DNA from: Mycolicibacterium smegmatis
GTDB taxonomy: Bacteria > Actinomycetota > Actinomycetes > Mycobacteriales > Mycobacteriaceae
Length of the DNA: 32,000 nucleotides
Reading direction: 5' to 3'
Assembly (NCBI RefSeq): GCF_001457595.1
Contig: NZ_LN831039.1
Coordinates: 3,780,001 to 3,812,000 of the forward strand
The notes under the pieces are model-generated. The model made no database searches. It saw only the letters and a list, made by a program, of their open reading frames with translations, and had not been told where the DNA came from. Both the position numbers and the translations under genes were made by a program. Shown in pieces: positions 18,368 to 26,973 of this stretch (the first letter of the stretch is position 1; each line of letters starts with the position of its first letter).

Positions 18368-20572
18368 ATGACCACCACATCGGACACATCTGGCGCCCCC
18401 GGACCCGGTTCGGCCTCGCCGGTTCTCGCCGAACTCGCCTCCCGGTACGGCGTGGCCGTCGACTACGAGGACTGGGCCGGCCGCCGTATCGCGGTGCCGG
18501 AATCCACCCTGGTGGCGGTGCTCGACGCGCTCGGCGTCGACGCGGGCACCGAGGACAGCCGCGCGGCGGCGCTGGCCGCACATGATCGCGAGTACTGGCA
18601 GCGACCGCTGCCGCCGATCGTGCTGGGCCGGTCCGGCGCCACGTCCACATTCTGGGTGCACGTGACCCACGGCGACGCGGTCGAGGTGTTCCTGACCCTT
18701 GAGGACGGCACCACGCGCACCGGGTTGCGGCAGGTGGAGAACAACCGCCCGCCCTTCGACCTCGGGGATCGACTGGTCGGCGAGGCCTCCTTCGAGCTTC
18801 CCGCCGATCTGCCACTGGGCTACCACCGTCTGCACGTACGCGTCGACGGGGCACGGGGCTTCGAAGCCGAGACCCCGGTGGTCCTCTCCCCCGCCAGGTT
18901 GGCGCTGCCCACCCGGCTGGGAGCGCGGCGCGCTTGGGGCATGGCCGTGCAGCTCTACAGCGTCCGCTCCAGGAACTCGTGGGGCACAGGAGATCTGACC
19001 GACCTGGCCGATCTGGCCGTGTGGTCGGCAGCGCGGCACGGCGCGGGCTTCGTGCTCATCAACCCGCTGCACGCGGCGTCGCCTGCCCCGCCCATGGAGC
19101 CGTCCCCGTACCTGCCGACCTCACGGCGCTTCGTCAACCCGCTGTATCTGCGCGTCGAGGCGATCCCCGAGTACGCCGAGGTGCGCGGCCGTGGCCGGAT
19201 CCGCAAGATCCGAACCACGGTCAACCAGCGCGCGGTCCGCAACGGGCGCATCGACCGCGACGCCGCCTGGAAGGCCAAACGCGCTGTCCTGCAACAGGTG
19301 TACCGTGTGCCGCGATCAGCCGGGCGCAACATCGCGTATGCGGCCTACCGGGCCCGCGAGGGCCGCAGTCTCGACGATTTCGCGACCTGGTGCGCCCTGG
19401 CCGAACGCTACGGCAGCGATTGGCACACCTGGCCGGCCGAACTGCAGCATCCGCGCCGCGAGGAGGTGGCGGCATTCGCGGCAGCGCACCACGACGCCGT
19501 CGACTTCCATCGCTGGCTGCAGTGGCAACTCGACGACCAGCTGACGGCCGCGCAGGCCACCGCCACACAGGCGGGCATGGAGCTCGGCATCATGAGCGAC
19601 CTTGCGGTCGGGGTCGATCCGGACGGCGCCGACGCGTGGTCGCTGCAGGAGGTACTCGCGCTCGGGGTCAGCGCAGGTGCGCCGCCCGACGAGTTCAACC
19701 AGTTGGGTCAGGACTGGTCACAGCCGCCGTGGCGGCCCGACAAACTCGTCGAGCACGCATACGAGCCGTTCCGCGCCGTGGTCAACACCGCGCTGCGGCA
19801 CTCCGGCGGCGTGCGCATCGACCACATCATCGGCATGTTCCGGTTGTGGTGGATTCCCAAGGGCGCGGCACCGACCGACGGCACCTACGTGCGCTACGAC
19901 CACGAGGCGATGATCGGCATCATCGCCCTCGAAGCACACCGGTCCGGCGCGGTGGTGGTCGGCGAGGACCTCGGCACGGTCGAACCGTGGGTGCGTGACT
20001 ACCTGCACGACCGCAGCCTGTTCGGCACGTCGATCCTGTGGTTCGAATCGGACGAGGGCCGGGGCCCCCTGCCCGCCGAGCGCTGGCGCGAGTACTGCCT
20101 GTCGTCGGTGACGACGCATGATCTGCCGCCCACCGCGGGTTACCTGGCCGGTGAGCACGTGCGCCTACGCGAGGAACTCGATCTGCTCACCCGGCCTGCC
20201 GCGGAGGAACTGGCCGAGGATCGCGCCGCGCAGGCCGCGTGGCTCGACGAGTTGCGGCGCGTCGGGCTGCTCGGTCCGGATCCGTCACCCGACACCGAGA
20301 CCGTGGTGCTGGCCCTGCACCGCTACCTGGGCCGCACGCCGTCGAAGCTGCTGGCGTTGTCGCTGACCGACGCGGTCGGCGATCTGAAGACGCAGAATCA
20401 GCCGGGCACCACCGACGAGTACCCCAACTGGCGCGTACCGCTGTCCGGTCCCGACGGCCGTCCGCTGCTTCTGGAGGAGGTGTTCGACGACGTCCGCGCC
20501 GCGCGTCTCGCGGATGCGATGGCGGGCATCACGCGAGGCGCCACGAGAGGCGGGACGGAAGGACAGCTGTAA
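18368..20572 (+). CDS. malQ: 4-alpha-glucanotransferase (amylomaltase)
   Basis: 734 aa from ATG 18368. GH77 motifs GVRIDHIIGMFRLWWIP, GEDLGTVEPWVRDYL, SSVTTHDLPPTAGY. Confidence 0.95.
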   Translation: MTTTSDTSGAPGPGSASPVLAELASRYGVAVDYEDWAGRRIAVPESTLVAVLDALGVDAGTEDSRAAALAAHDREYWQRPLPPIVLGRSGATSTFWVHVTHGDAVEVFLTLEDGTTRTGLRQVENNRPPFDLGDRLVGEASFELPADLPLGYHRLHVRVDGARGFEAETPVVLSPARLALPTRLGARRAWGMAVQLYSVRSRNSWGTGDLTDLADLAVWSAARHGAGFVLINPLHAASPAPPMEPSPYLPTSRRFVNPLYLRVEAIPEYAEVRGRGRIRKIRTTVNQRAVRNGRIDRDAAWKAKRAVLQQVYRVPRSAGRNIAYAAYRAREGRSLDDFATWCALAERYGSDWHTWPAELQHPRREEVAAFAAAHHDAVDFHRWLQWQLDDQLTAAQATATQAGMELGIMSDLAVGVDPDGADAWSLQEVLALGVSAGAPPDEFNQLGQDWSQPPWRPDKLVEHAYEPFRAVVNTALRHSGGVRIDHIIGMFRLWWIPKGAAPTDGTYVRYDHEAMIGIIALEAHRSGAVVVGEDLGTVEPWVRDYLHDRSLFGTSILWFESDEGRGPLPAERWREYCLSSVTTHDLPPTAGYLAGEHVRLREELDLLTRPAAEELAEDRAAQAAWLDELRRVGLLGPDPSPDTETVVLALHRYLGRTPSKLLALSLTDAVGDLKTQNQPGTTDEYPNWRVPLSGPDGRPLLLEEVFDDVRAARLADAMAGITRGATRGGTEGQL

Positions 20573-20651
20573 CGCCCGAGGCCTCCGCAGCGGTTTCACA
20601 TTCGTCACAGCTGCGATATGTTCGCAACCGCAACCGACTGACGGAGATCAC

Positions 20652-21062
20652 GTGAAGAAGCTTGTTGTACTCGGCGGCGGCCTGGTCGTCGCGGGCTCGG
20701 TCGCCCTGCTCGGCGCGGGGATCGCCACCTCGCAGCCGACCTCGGCCTCGATCAACGTGGTCGGCGAGCCGTACATGAAGGCACTGCAGATCCTCAAGAG
20801 CCAGGGCCTCAAGGCCACGTTCGGCGGCTCCCGCGGAAGCGCGCTGCCGCAGGCCGAGTGCCTGGTGGATTCTCAGAAGATCAATTCCAGCGGCAAGGTG
20901 ATCCTGATGCTGGACTGCACCGAGGCGGCCGCGCAGCAGGCGCAGGACACCGCGGTCTCCGGCGGCCCGCGCGTCGGCAGCAACGGCGTCACCACCGTGA
21001 CCCCCACCCCGGTCGTGCCCATCGCAGGTGCGCCCGGTGCGGGCACCCCGCCGCCGGCCTGA
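20652..21062 (+). CDS. Small exported/anchored protein with a PASTA-like region
   Basis: 136 aa from GTG 20652. Hydrophobic N-terminus VKKLVVLGGGLVVAGSVALLGAG, then NVVGEPYMKALQILKSQGLKATFGG and a conserved-looking Cys pair. Confidence 0.7.
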   Translation: MKKLVVLGGGLVVAGSVALLGAGIATSQPTSASINVVGEPYMKALQILKSQGLKATFGGSRGSALPQAECLVDSQKINSSGKVILMLDCTEAAAQQAQDTAVSGGPRVGSNGVTTVTPTPVVPIAGAPGAGTPPPA

Positions 21063-21079
21063 CGCCCGCCAGATCCACC

Positions 21080-21116
21080 GACGAGCCCGTGATCCACACC
21101 GGATCGCGGGCTCGTC
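21080..21116. terminator. Near-perfect long hairpin terminator-like element without a long U-tract
   Basis: GACGAGCCCG-t-GATCC-acacc-GGATC-g-CGGGCTCGTC, 18 nt after the stop at 21062. Confidence 0.7.
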
Positions 21117-21227
21117 TGTCTCATGCGCGACACGCGCTGATGCAGGCCCGACGCAAACAAGCGGTACCGGCGTTCCCACGTACTTTGTACACTGCTGGGC
21201 AGACCACTCACGCCAGGGAGGCCCGAC

Positions 21228-22127
21228 ATGTTGCGTCCACTGCGGTTCGACCACGAGATCGATCCGGGACCGGTGCAGATCCAGGCCCGCAAGGTGCATT
21301 TCGATCTCAGCGACATCCCACTGCACTGGATTCCCGGACACCCCGTCGCGTCGACCATGGTCAACCTGTTCAACGTGGTGCTCCCGGTCGCCGAGCACTG
21401 GTTCGTCGACACGTTCAACGAGGCGCTGCCCTATGTGCGGGACCCGAAACTCGCCGACGACATGCGCGGCTTCATCGGCCAGGAGGCCACGCACGCCGAG
21501 ACCCACGACAAGGTGCTCGAGGAGTTCCTCACCGCCCACGACGTGCACTACCAGCCCATCCTCGAACTCGTCGACCACGTCTTCAACACGATGCTCGCAC
21601 CCAAGCCCGCGACCGACCCGCGCAGGCGCCTCAACGATCTGTGCGACCGGTTGTGGCTCATCGCGGCGATCGAGCACTACACCGCGGTGCTCGGCGATTT
21701 CGTGCTCAACTGCGCCTGGGATGACCACCACGCCGATCCGACCCTGACCGACCTCTTCCGCTGGCACGGCGCCGAGGAGGTCGAGCACCGCAGCGTGGCG
21801 CACGACGTCGCGGTCTACTTCCAGGACAGTTATCTGGCCCGCGTGCGGGCCATGACCATCGCGGCGACCGCGGTGTACATGTTCTTCCAGCGCGGGACGT
21901 GGGCGATGATCCGAAAGGACCCCACGGTCGACATCGGCTGGTGGAAGATGCACCGCCTGCGTATGCGGGATTCGAAACTCGGCCTGCTGCCCAAGTTCTC
22001 GACACTGTTCGGCACCAACACGCTCGCGTACTGCCGGCCGTCGTTCACCCCCGATCAGATGGGCTCGACCGCGCAGGCCGTCGCGTACCTGGCCAGTTCG
22101 CCCGCCGCGCGGGCCGCGCACCTGTGA
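21228..22127 (+). CDS. Predicted metal-dependent hydrolase (ferritin-like, PF10118-type)
   Basis: 299 aa. FIGQEATHAETHDKVLEEF, AAIEHYTAVLGDF, WHGAEEVEHRSVAHDVA; preceded by an AGGGAGG SD. Confidence 0.85.
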   Translation: MLRPLRFDHEIDPGPVQIQARKVHFDLSDIPLHWIPGHPVASTMVNLFNVVLPVAEHWFVDTFNEALPYVRDPKLADDMRGFIGQEATHAETHDKVLEEFLTAHDVHYQPILELVDHVFNTMLAPKPATDPRRRLNDLCDRLWLIAAIEHYTAVLGDFVLNCAWDDHHADPTLTDLFRWHGAEEVEHRSVAHDVAVYFQDSYLARVRAMTIAATAVYMFFQRGTWAMIRKDPTVDIGWWKMHRLRMRDSKLGLLPKFSTLFGTNTLAYCRPSFTPDQMGSTAQAVAYLASSPAARAAHL

Positions 22128-23242
22128 CGGCGATGTTGTCGCGATACCGTCAGCTGCCGCCGAGCACCAACGGGCGTTTCCGGCACGACCCGATGCTCGC
22201 CATGGCGCAGATCGCCATCAAGACCATGTGGGGCGTGACGCGCCACATCCGCAGGCCGTCGCCGCCACCGGCGCTCGACCGCACGATCGGGTTGCGGGTC
22301 GTGGATCGCCGTGTCGTCGCGCACGATCAGGATGTCATCGCGCTGACGTTGGCGGCCGACGACGGCGGCGCGCTGCCGCGGTGGTATCCGGGAGCGCACA
22401 TCGACCTGCACCTGCCCAGCGGCCGCATCCGGCAGTACTCGCTGTGCGGTGATCCGGCTGCGGGCACATACCGGATCGCGGTGCGGCGCATCCCCGAAGG
22501 CGGTGGTGGTTCCGTCGAGATCCACGACACCGTGCACATCGGTTCCCGGCTCACCACGCACGGCCCGCGCAACGCGTTCCCGCTCACGGTCCCCGGTTAC
22601 GGGTCGCCCACGCAGCGGTTCCGGTTCATCGCGGGCGGGATCGGTATCACGCCGATCCTGCCGATGCTCGACCTCGCACAGCGACTCGGTGTCGACTGGT
22701 CGATGATCTACGCCGGGCGGCATCTCGACAGCTTGCCGTTCCTGTCGGAACTGCAGCGTTACGGCGACCGGATCCGCATCCGCACCGACGATCGCGATGG
22801 TCTGCCCAGTGCGTCGGACCTGCTCGGCGAATCCCCCGGGGGCACCACGGTCTACGCGTGCGGCCCGGCCCCCATGCTGACCATGCTCCGGTCCGCGCTG
22901 GTCGGCCGCGATGACGTGGAACTGCACTTCGAGCGGTTCGCCGCACCGCCGGTGGTCGACGGCGCGGAGTTCTCGGTGCGGATCGCGTCGACGGGTCAGA
23001 CGGTGCCGGTGGCCGCCGACGAGACCTTGCTGGCGGCGCTCAACCGCGCCGGGGTGTCCGCGCCGTACTCGTGTCAGCAGGGGTTCTGCGGCACGTGCCG
23101 GGTCCGGGTCCTACCGCGTGACGGCGACGGTGCCGTGCAGCACCGGGACACGCTGCTCACCGAGCCCGAACGGGCCGCCGGGTACCTGCTCACGTGCGTC
23201 TCACGTGCCGGAAACGGTCAGCGACTGACCATCGAACTCTGA
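22124..23242 (+). CDS. PDR/VanB-type oxidoreductase: FAD/NAD(P) reductase with C-terminal [2Fe-2S] ferredoxin domain
   Basis: GTG at 22124 overlaps the upstream stop (GTGA); ATG alternative at 22133. [27 protein letters not shown]-terminal [16 protein letters not shown]...TCVS. Confidence 0.92.
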   Translation: MTAMLSRYRQLPPSTNGRFRHDPMLAMAQIAIKTMWGVTRHIRRPSPPPALDRTIGLRVVDRRVVAHDQDVIALTLAADDGGALPRWYPGAHIDLHLPSGRIRQYSLCGDPAAGTYRIAVRRIPEGGGGSVEIHDTVHIGSRLTTHGPRNAFPLTVPGYGSPTQRFRFIAGGIGITPILPMLDLAQRLGVDWSMIYAGRHLDSLPFLSELQRYGDRIRIRTDDRDGLPSASDLLGESPGGTTVYACGPAPMLTMLRSALVGRDDVELHFERFAAPPVVDGAEFSVRIASTGQTVPVAADETLLAALNRAGVSAPYSCQQGFCGTCRVRVLPRDGDGAVQHRDTLLTEPERAAGYLLTCVSRAGNGQRLTIEL

Positions 23243-23265
23243 TCTGCGGCGGTAGCATTCGGCGC

Positions 23266-24747
23266 ATGCCACTGGCCGCTGGGGAGACATTCGCGGGCTA
23301 CAACATCATTCGGCTGCTGGGGTCCGGGGGGATGGGTGAGGTGTACCTCGCCGCGCACCCGCGGCTCCCCCGCCAGGATGCGCTCAAGGTGCTGCCCACG
23401 TCGATCTCCGCGGACCCCGAGTACCGCGAACGTTTCAACCGCGAGGCCGACGTCGCTGCCGCCCTGTGGCATCCGCACATCGTCGAGATCCACGACCGCG
23501 GCGAGCACGACGGGCAACTGTGGATCGCGATGGACTACGTCGACGGCACCGACGCGGCCCGGCTGCTCAAGGAGCAGTACAGCGGCGGCATGCCCCCGCA
23601 TCAGGTGTGCGAGATCGTCACGGCGATGGCGGGTGCTCTCGACTACGCCCACCAGCGGGGTCTGCTGCACCGCGACGTCAAGCCGGCCAACATCCTGCTC
23701 GGCCACCCCGGCACCGACGACCAGCGGATCATGTTGGCCGATTTCGGCATCGCCCGCTATGCCGACGAGGCCAGCGGCCTCACGGTGACCAACATGACGG
23801 TCGGAACCGTCACCTACGCCGCGCCCGAGCAACTGCTGGGAAACCACCTCGACGGGCGCGCCGATCAGTACGCACTCGCCGCCACGGCGTACCAACTGCT
23901 CACGGGCCGCACGCCGTTCGAGCACTCCAACCCGGCGGTGGTGATCAGCCAGCACCTGTCCGCGGCGCCTCCCGCGGTGGGCACGCACCGCCCGGACCTG
24001 GCCACGCTCGATCCGGTGTTCGCCAAGGCGCTGGCCAAGGACCCCAAGGATCGCTACGCCCGGTGCGCCGATTTCGCGCGCGCACTGCGTCATCGGCTCG
24101 GGACCGACGCCGATGTCGCGGACCCCGACGCCACGCGACTCGCCCCGGTCGCCAGGCACGCGGCCCCGCACAAACGGCCGAAGACGGCCGCGTTGATCGC
24201 CGGCGTTCTCGGCGTGCTGCTGGTGGCCGCGATCGTCGTTGCGGCAGTGGAGTTCCGGCGCGCCGACGACGAACGTCCCGTCGCCCGGGCTTCAGGCGCG
24301 GCGACCACCACCAGCCACACCACGACCCCGGTGACCACCGCGCCGGCCTCGCCGTTGCCCGAGGTGACCGATACCGTGACCATCACCGACACCGCAACGG
24401 ATACCGCGGCAGTCGACACGTCGACTCCCGCGACGACAACCGCTGCGACCACGGCGGCCGCCGCCGCGGCGCAGACCGCCGTGATCGGCGCGTCGTGCTC
24501 ACCGGTGGGCGCCACGGCGACCACGTCCGACGGTTCGACGGCTTACTGCTCGACACTTGCGACCACGGGCGCCTCGATCTGGTCGCTCACGCAGGGCACC
24601 ATCCCGAGCCCCACGGTCACGCCCGCCGCGACCGACGAACCTCTGCCCTTCGCCGAGGAGTCGCCGGTGCGGGTGTGCATGCAGCAGACGGGGATGACGC
24701 GCCGCGAGTGCCGCGAGGCGATCCGTCGCAGCAACGGCCTGCCCTGA
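23266..24747 (+). CDS. pknF: Membrane-anchored Ser/Thr protein kinase, PknF-like
   Basis: 493 aa. [37 protein letters not shown], a TM segment [15 protein letters not shown], Thr/Ala-rich linker and a Cys-containing extracytoplasmic domain. The symbol is by family resemblance. Confidence 0.85.
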   Translation: MPLAAGETFAGYNIIRLLGSGGMGEVYLAAHPRLPRQDALKVLPTSISADPEYRERFNREADVAAALWHPHIVEIHDRGEHDGQLWIAMDYVDGTDAARLLKEQYSGGMPPHQVCEIVTAMAGALDYAHQRGLLHRDVKPANILLGHPGTDDQRIMLADFGIARYADEASGLTVTNMTVGTVTYAAPEQLLGNHLDGRADQYALAATAYQLLTGRTPFEHSNPAVVISQHLSAAPPAVGTHRPDLATLDPVFAKALAKDPKDRYARCADFARALRHRLGTDADVADPDATRLAPVARHAAPHKRPKTAALIAGVLGVLLVAAIVVAAVEFRRADDERPVARASGAATTTSHTTTPVTTAPASPLPEVTDTVTITDTATDTAAVDTSTPATTTAATTAAAAAAQTAVIGASCSPVGATATTSDGSTAYCSTLATTGASIWSLTQGTIPSPTVTPAATDEPLPFAEESPVRVCMQQTGMTRRECREAIRRSNGLP

Positions 24748-25100
24748 TCAGCGGCTCTCGCCGTGGTCGATGGACTTGAGGCACACCGTCCGGCGCGACG
24801 ACAGCCCCGAAGTCGCCGTGACTTGCGGCACATCGCTTAGCTGCATCTGAGTGGGGTCGACTTGCCACGACATCCCGGTCGCGCAGCCCGTCAGGGGAGG
24901 AAGCCGCTGGGCAGGGCGTTGGCTAACCTCGTTGCCACCCGATACTCGCTCTTTGCCCGACAATCGCCCACTCATGCTCTTCTCAGCAAAAGACAATGGT
25001 TGACACAATGAGGGCGTGGCGACACGGCTGCGAATCAACTACGTTGGCCAGTGACCAAGCGAGGCGATTGTTTGCCGCACGCGGCGAGAGGTGGCCAGAA

Positions 25101-25421
25101 GTGACAGCCCTGCACCAGCCGTACGATGTTCGGATCGACGCCGCCCCGGACCCGGACCGCCCCGACACAGCATCGATCTGTGGGCACACACCGCGGGATC
25201 TCCGTATCGCCGCGGCAAATCAGCTCGCGCTCTGGGCGGCGGGCCAAGAGTGCGACGACTTCCGTCGCGAGTACCTGACCGAACTGGTCGCCGACCTGCG
25301 GGCCGCCGCCATCGACGTCGCCGCCGATCAGCTCGACCTGTGGCGAGCCGGCAAGGCCTGCGACGAGCAGCGCCGCGTATCAGTGCTCGCGCTGGTCGCC
25401 GAGCTGCGCGCGCAGTCCTGA
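25101..25421 (+). CDS. Hypothetical small protein with an internal tandem duplication
   Basis: 106 aa from GTG 25101. AAANQLALWAAGQECDDFRREYLTELVADLRA and VAADQLDLWRAGKACDEQRRVSVLALVAELRA align at a 36-aa period. The start codon is uncertain. Confidence 0.6.
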   Translation: MTALHQPYDVRIDAAPDPDRPDTASICGHTPRDLRIAAANQLALWAAGQECDDFRREYLTELVADLRAAAIDVAADQLDLWRAGKACDEQRRVSVLALVAELRAQS

Positions 25422-25485
25422 CTCCCAGGGCCTCCGCCTCCGGCCTCCAGGGCGTCTGGCATCAGGCCCCGCTCACTCAGCACCG

Positions 25486-25544
25486 CGAGTGTGCGCGTCT
25501 GCTGCACGACGCGCCGCGTCTCATCAGCAGTCTGCGCACACTCG
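25486..25544. terminator. Nested three-tier inverted repeat (candidate bidirectional terminator or structured RNA)
   Basis: CGAGTGTGCGC-gt-CTGCTG-cac-GACGCG-c-CGCGTC-tcat-CAGCAG-tct-GCGCACACTCG. Confidence 0.65.
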
Positions 25545-25759
25545 GCACCACCGAGCGTGCGTAGACAGCCGCTTTTCACTCGGCGGTAAGGTTGCCAACT
25601 CCCCGACCCGCTGGATCAACTTCAGAACCTCTGGACCTCAAGACCTTTGGTCACGAACTCGCGCCCCAGACCCCTGCCCTTCACACCACCGAAAACCGGA
25701 AGTTGTTGCGGGAATTCGTCTTACCGGCCTTCACGCCCTCGCCGCAGTCCTGACGGCCC

Positions 25760-26263
25760 TCAGTCGCCTTCGCGGTAACCCGCCAACTCGGGTGCGGCCA
25801 TCAACTCGTCGAGCAGCGGGCGCTGGCCGGCGAGCAGTTTCCTGCGGGCCACCGCGACGGGAAACCAGCCCGCCCGGTCGATCTCGGGAAACTCCCGCAT
25901 GCGGCCCGAACCTTTCGGCCATTCCATCTCGAAGGTGTTGCTGCGCGCGGACGTCACGTCGAAGTCGCCCCGCACCGCGAACGCGGTGACCACCTTGCCG
26001 CCGGACTGGCGTACCGGGGTGAGTTCCCGCCGCGGCCCGTCCGGCGGCGGGGAGCCGAGTTCCTCGGCGAATTCGCGTTGCGCTGCGGCCCAGCGATCCT
26101 CGTCGTCGGTGTACTCCCCTTTGGGGACCGACCAGGCCCCGTCGTCGCGCCGCGCCCAGAAGGGCCCACCCGGATGGGCGATCAGCACCTCGACGACGTC
26201 GTCGACGACCCGGTAGAGCAGCACACCGGCGCTGAGTTTCGGCATTCCGTTCACGTTACGCAC
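25760..26263 (-). CDS. NUDIX hydrolase
   Basis: 167 aa. GAWSVPKGEYTDDEDRWAAAQREFAEELG matches the Nudix box GX5EX7REUXEEXGU. Alternative start MPKLSAG at 26245. Confidence 0.92.
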   Translation of the reverse strand: MRNVNGMPKLSAGVLLYRVVDDVVEVLIAHPGGPFWARRDDGAWSVPKGEYTDDEDRWAAAQREFAEELGSPPPDGPRRELTPVRQSGGKVVTAFAVRGDFDVTSARSNTFEMEWPKGSGRMREFPEIDRAGWFPVAVARRKLLAGQRPLLDELMAAPELAGYREGD

Positions 26264-26309
26264 CCTCTCCGACGGTGACTGGCATCACTTTGCTACCGCC
26301 ACTATGGCC

Positions 26310-26350
26310 GGGCTCACCCGAAGCGGGCCATCCCTGGTCGGTGTGAGCCC
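26310..26350. repeat. Inverted repeat with inner stem
   Basis: GGGCTCAC (26310-26317) ... GTGAGCCC (26343-26350), perfect 8 bp, enclosing GGCCA-TCCC-TGGTC. Confidence 0.5.
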
Positions 26351-26390
26351 ATCGACAGCCGAAGCCCGCGGTGCGATCTTGACCACAACC

Positions 26391-26443
26391 GTTATACGCA
26401 CGGGGAATGAAATCTCTGAGCAGGGAGTTTAACCGTGCGTAAC
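26391..26443. promoter_or_regulatory. Inverted repeat in the leader/promoter region of the 26541 gene
   Basis: GTTA-ta-CGCACGG (26391-26403) ... CCGTGCG-TAAC (26433-26443). TATACG (26393-26398) resembles a -10 box. Confidence 0.5.
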
Positions 26444-26530
26444 ACAAAAGAGGACAGAAGATGTTGCGCCGGTGGACGTGACTTCACGCAGCCGCACGCC
26501 CAGCGACGCGACGACAAAAGAACACAGTAG
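26435..26530 (+). CDS. Possible 31-aa upstream ORF
   Basis: GTG start preceded by CAGGGAG; encodes VRNTKEDRRCCAGGRDFTQPHAQRRDDKRTQ. The stop TAG (26528-26530) overlaps the AGGAG SD of the gene at 26541. Confidence 0.35.
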   Translation: MRNTKEDRRCCAGGRDFTQPHAQRRDDKRTQ

Positions 26531-26540
26531 GAGAAACAGA

Positions 26541-26846
26541 ATGAAGAAGCTCGGGTTTGCCGCAGCGCTCGCCGGTGGACTCACCGCCGCGGTCATCGGC
26601 CTGGCCGGTACCGCCGCCGCCGCACCTTCGGGACCCGTCAGCGCACAGGAGACGATCAACCAGCTCGAAGCCGAGGGCTACACCGTGGTGGTGAACCGGG
26701 TGGGGACCACTCCGCTGAGCGATGCCACCGTCGTCTCGGTGCGACCCGGCCAGACCTTCTCCCGCACCGACTCCTCCGTCCCGGGCGGACGTGACACCGT
26801 GAAGACGGTCGTGACCAACAAGACCGTCTACGTGGACGTGAAGTAA
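26541..26846 (+). CDS. Small secreted hypothetical protein
   Basis: 101 aa. Signal peptide MKKLGFAAALAGGLTAAVIGLAGTAAAAPS; AGGAG SD. The track start (26472) is upstream of this SD. Confidence 0.8.
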   Translation: MKKLGFAAALAGGLTAAVIGLAGTAAAAPSGPVSAQETINQLEAEGYTVVVNRVGTTPLSDATVVSVRPGQTFSRTDSSVPGGRDTVKTVVTNKTVYVDVK

Positions 26847-26883
26847 GACGTGAGATAGCTCGCGTCGCGCGAAAACATAACCA

Positions 26884-26911
26884 GGGGCACCCATTTGGGG
26901 TGCCCCTTTTT
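26884..26911 (+). terminator. Canonical Rho-independent terminator
   Basis: GGGGCACCC-ATTTG-GGGTGCCCC-TTTTT, 38 nt after the stop at 26846. Confidence 0.88.
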
Positions 26912-26973
26912 CGTGCGCACACACGCGACGGTGTGAGGCCGGCGGCAGGGATCCCGGCGCTAGAGTTTGCAGC

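Noticed and set aside
18122-19072. N-terminal 317 aa of the 722-aa MFS ORF
   Set aside because: Antisense to malQ and its promoter. The MFS topology starts at VTEQRDPVTTRRARVAVAALFLTNG.
20529-22121. 530-aa minus ORF opposite the metal hydrolase
   Set aside because: Would run through the 21080-21116 hairpin and antisense to two clear genes; no motifs.
23466-24779. 437-aa plus ORF in another frame of the kinase gene
   Set aside because: Frame-shifted shadow of an intact Ser/Thr kinase.
25000-25005. TTGACA as a -35 box for the 25101 gene
   Set aside because: No acceptable -10 hexamer at 16-19 bp spacing (sequence reads CACGGC/ACGGCT), so I do not call a promoter.
24748-25038. 96-aa minus ORF immediately after pknF
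   Set aside because: No SD or recognised motif; strongly basic, mixed composition. Possible but unsupported; homology search or Ribo-seq would decide.
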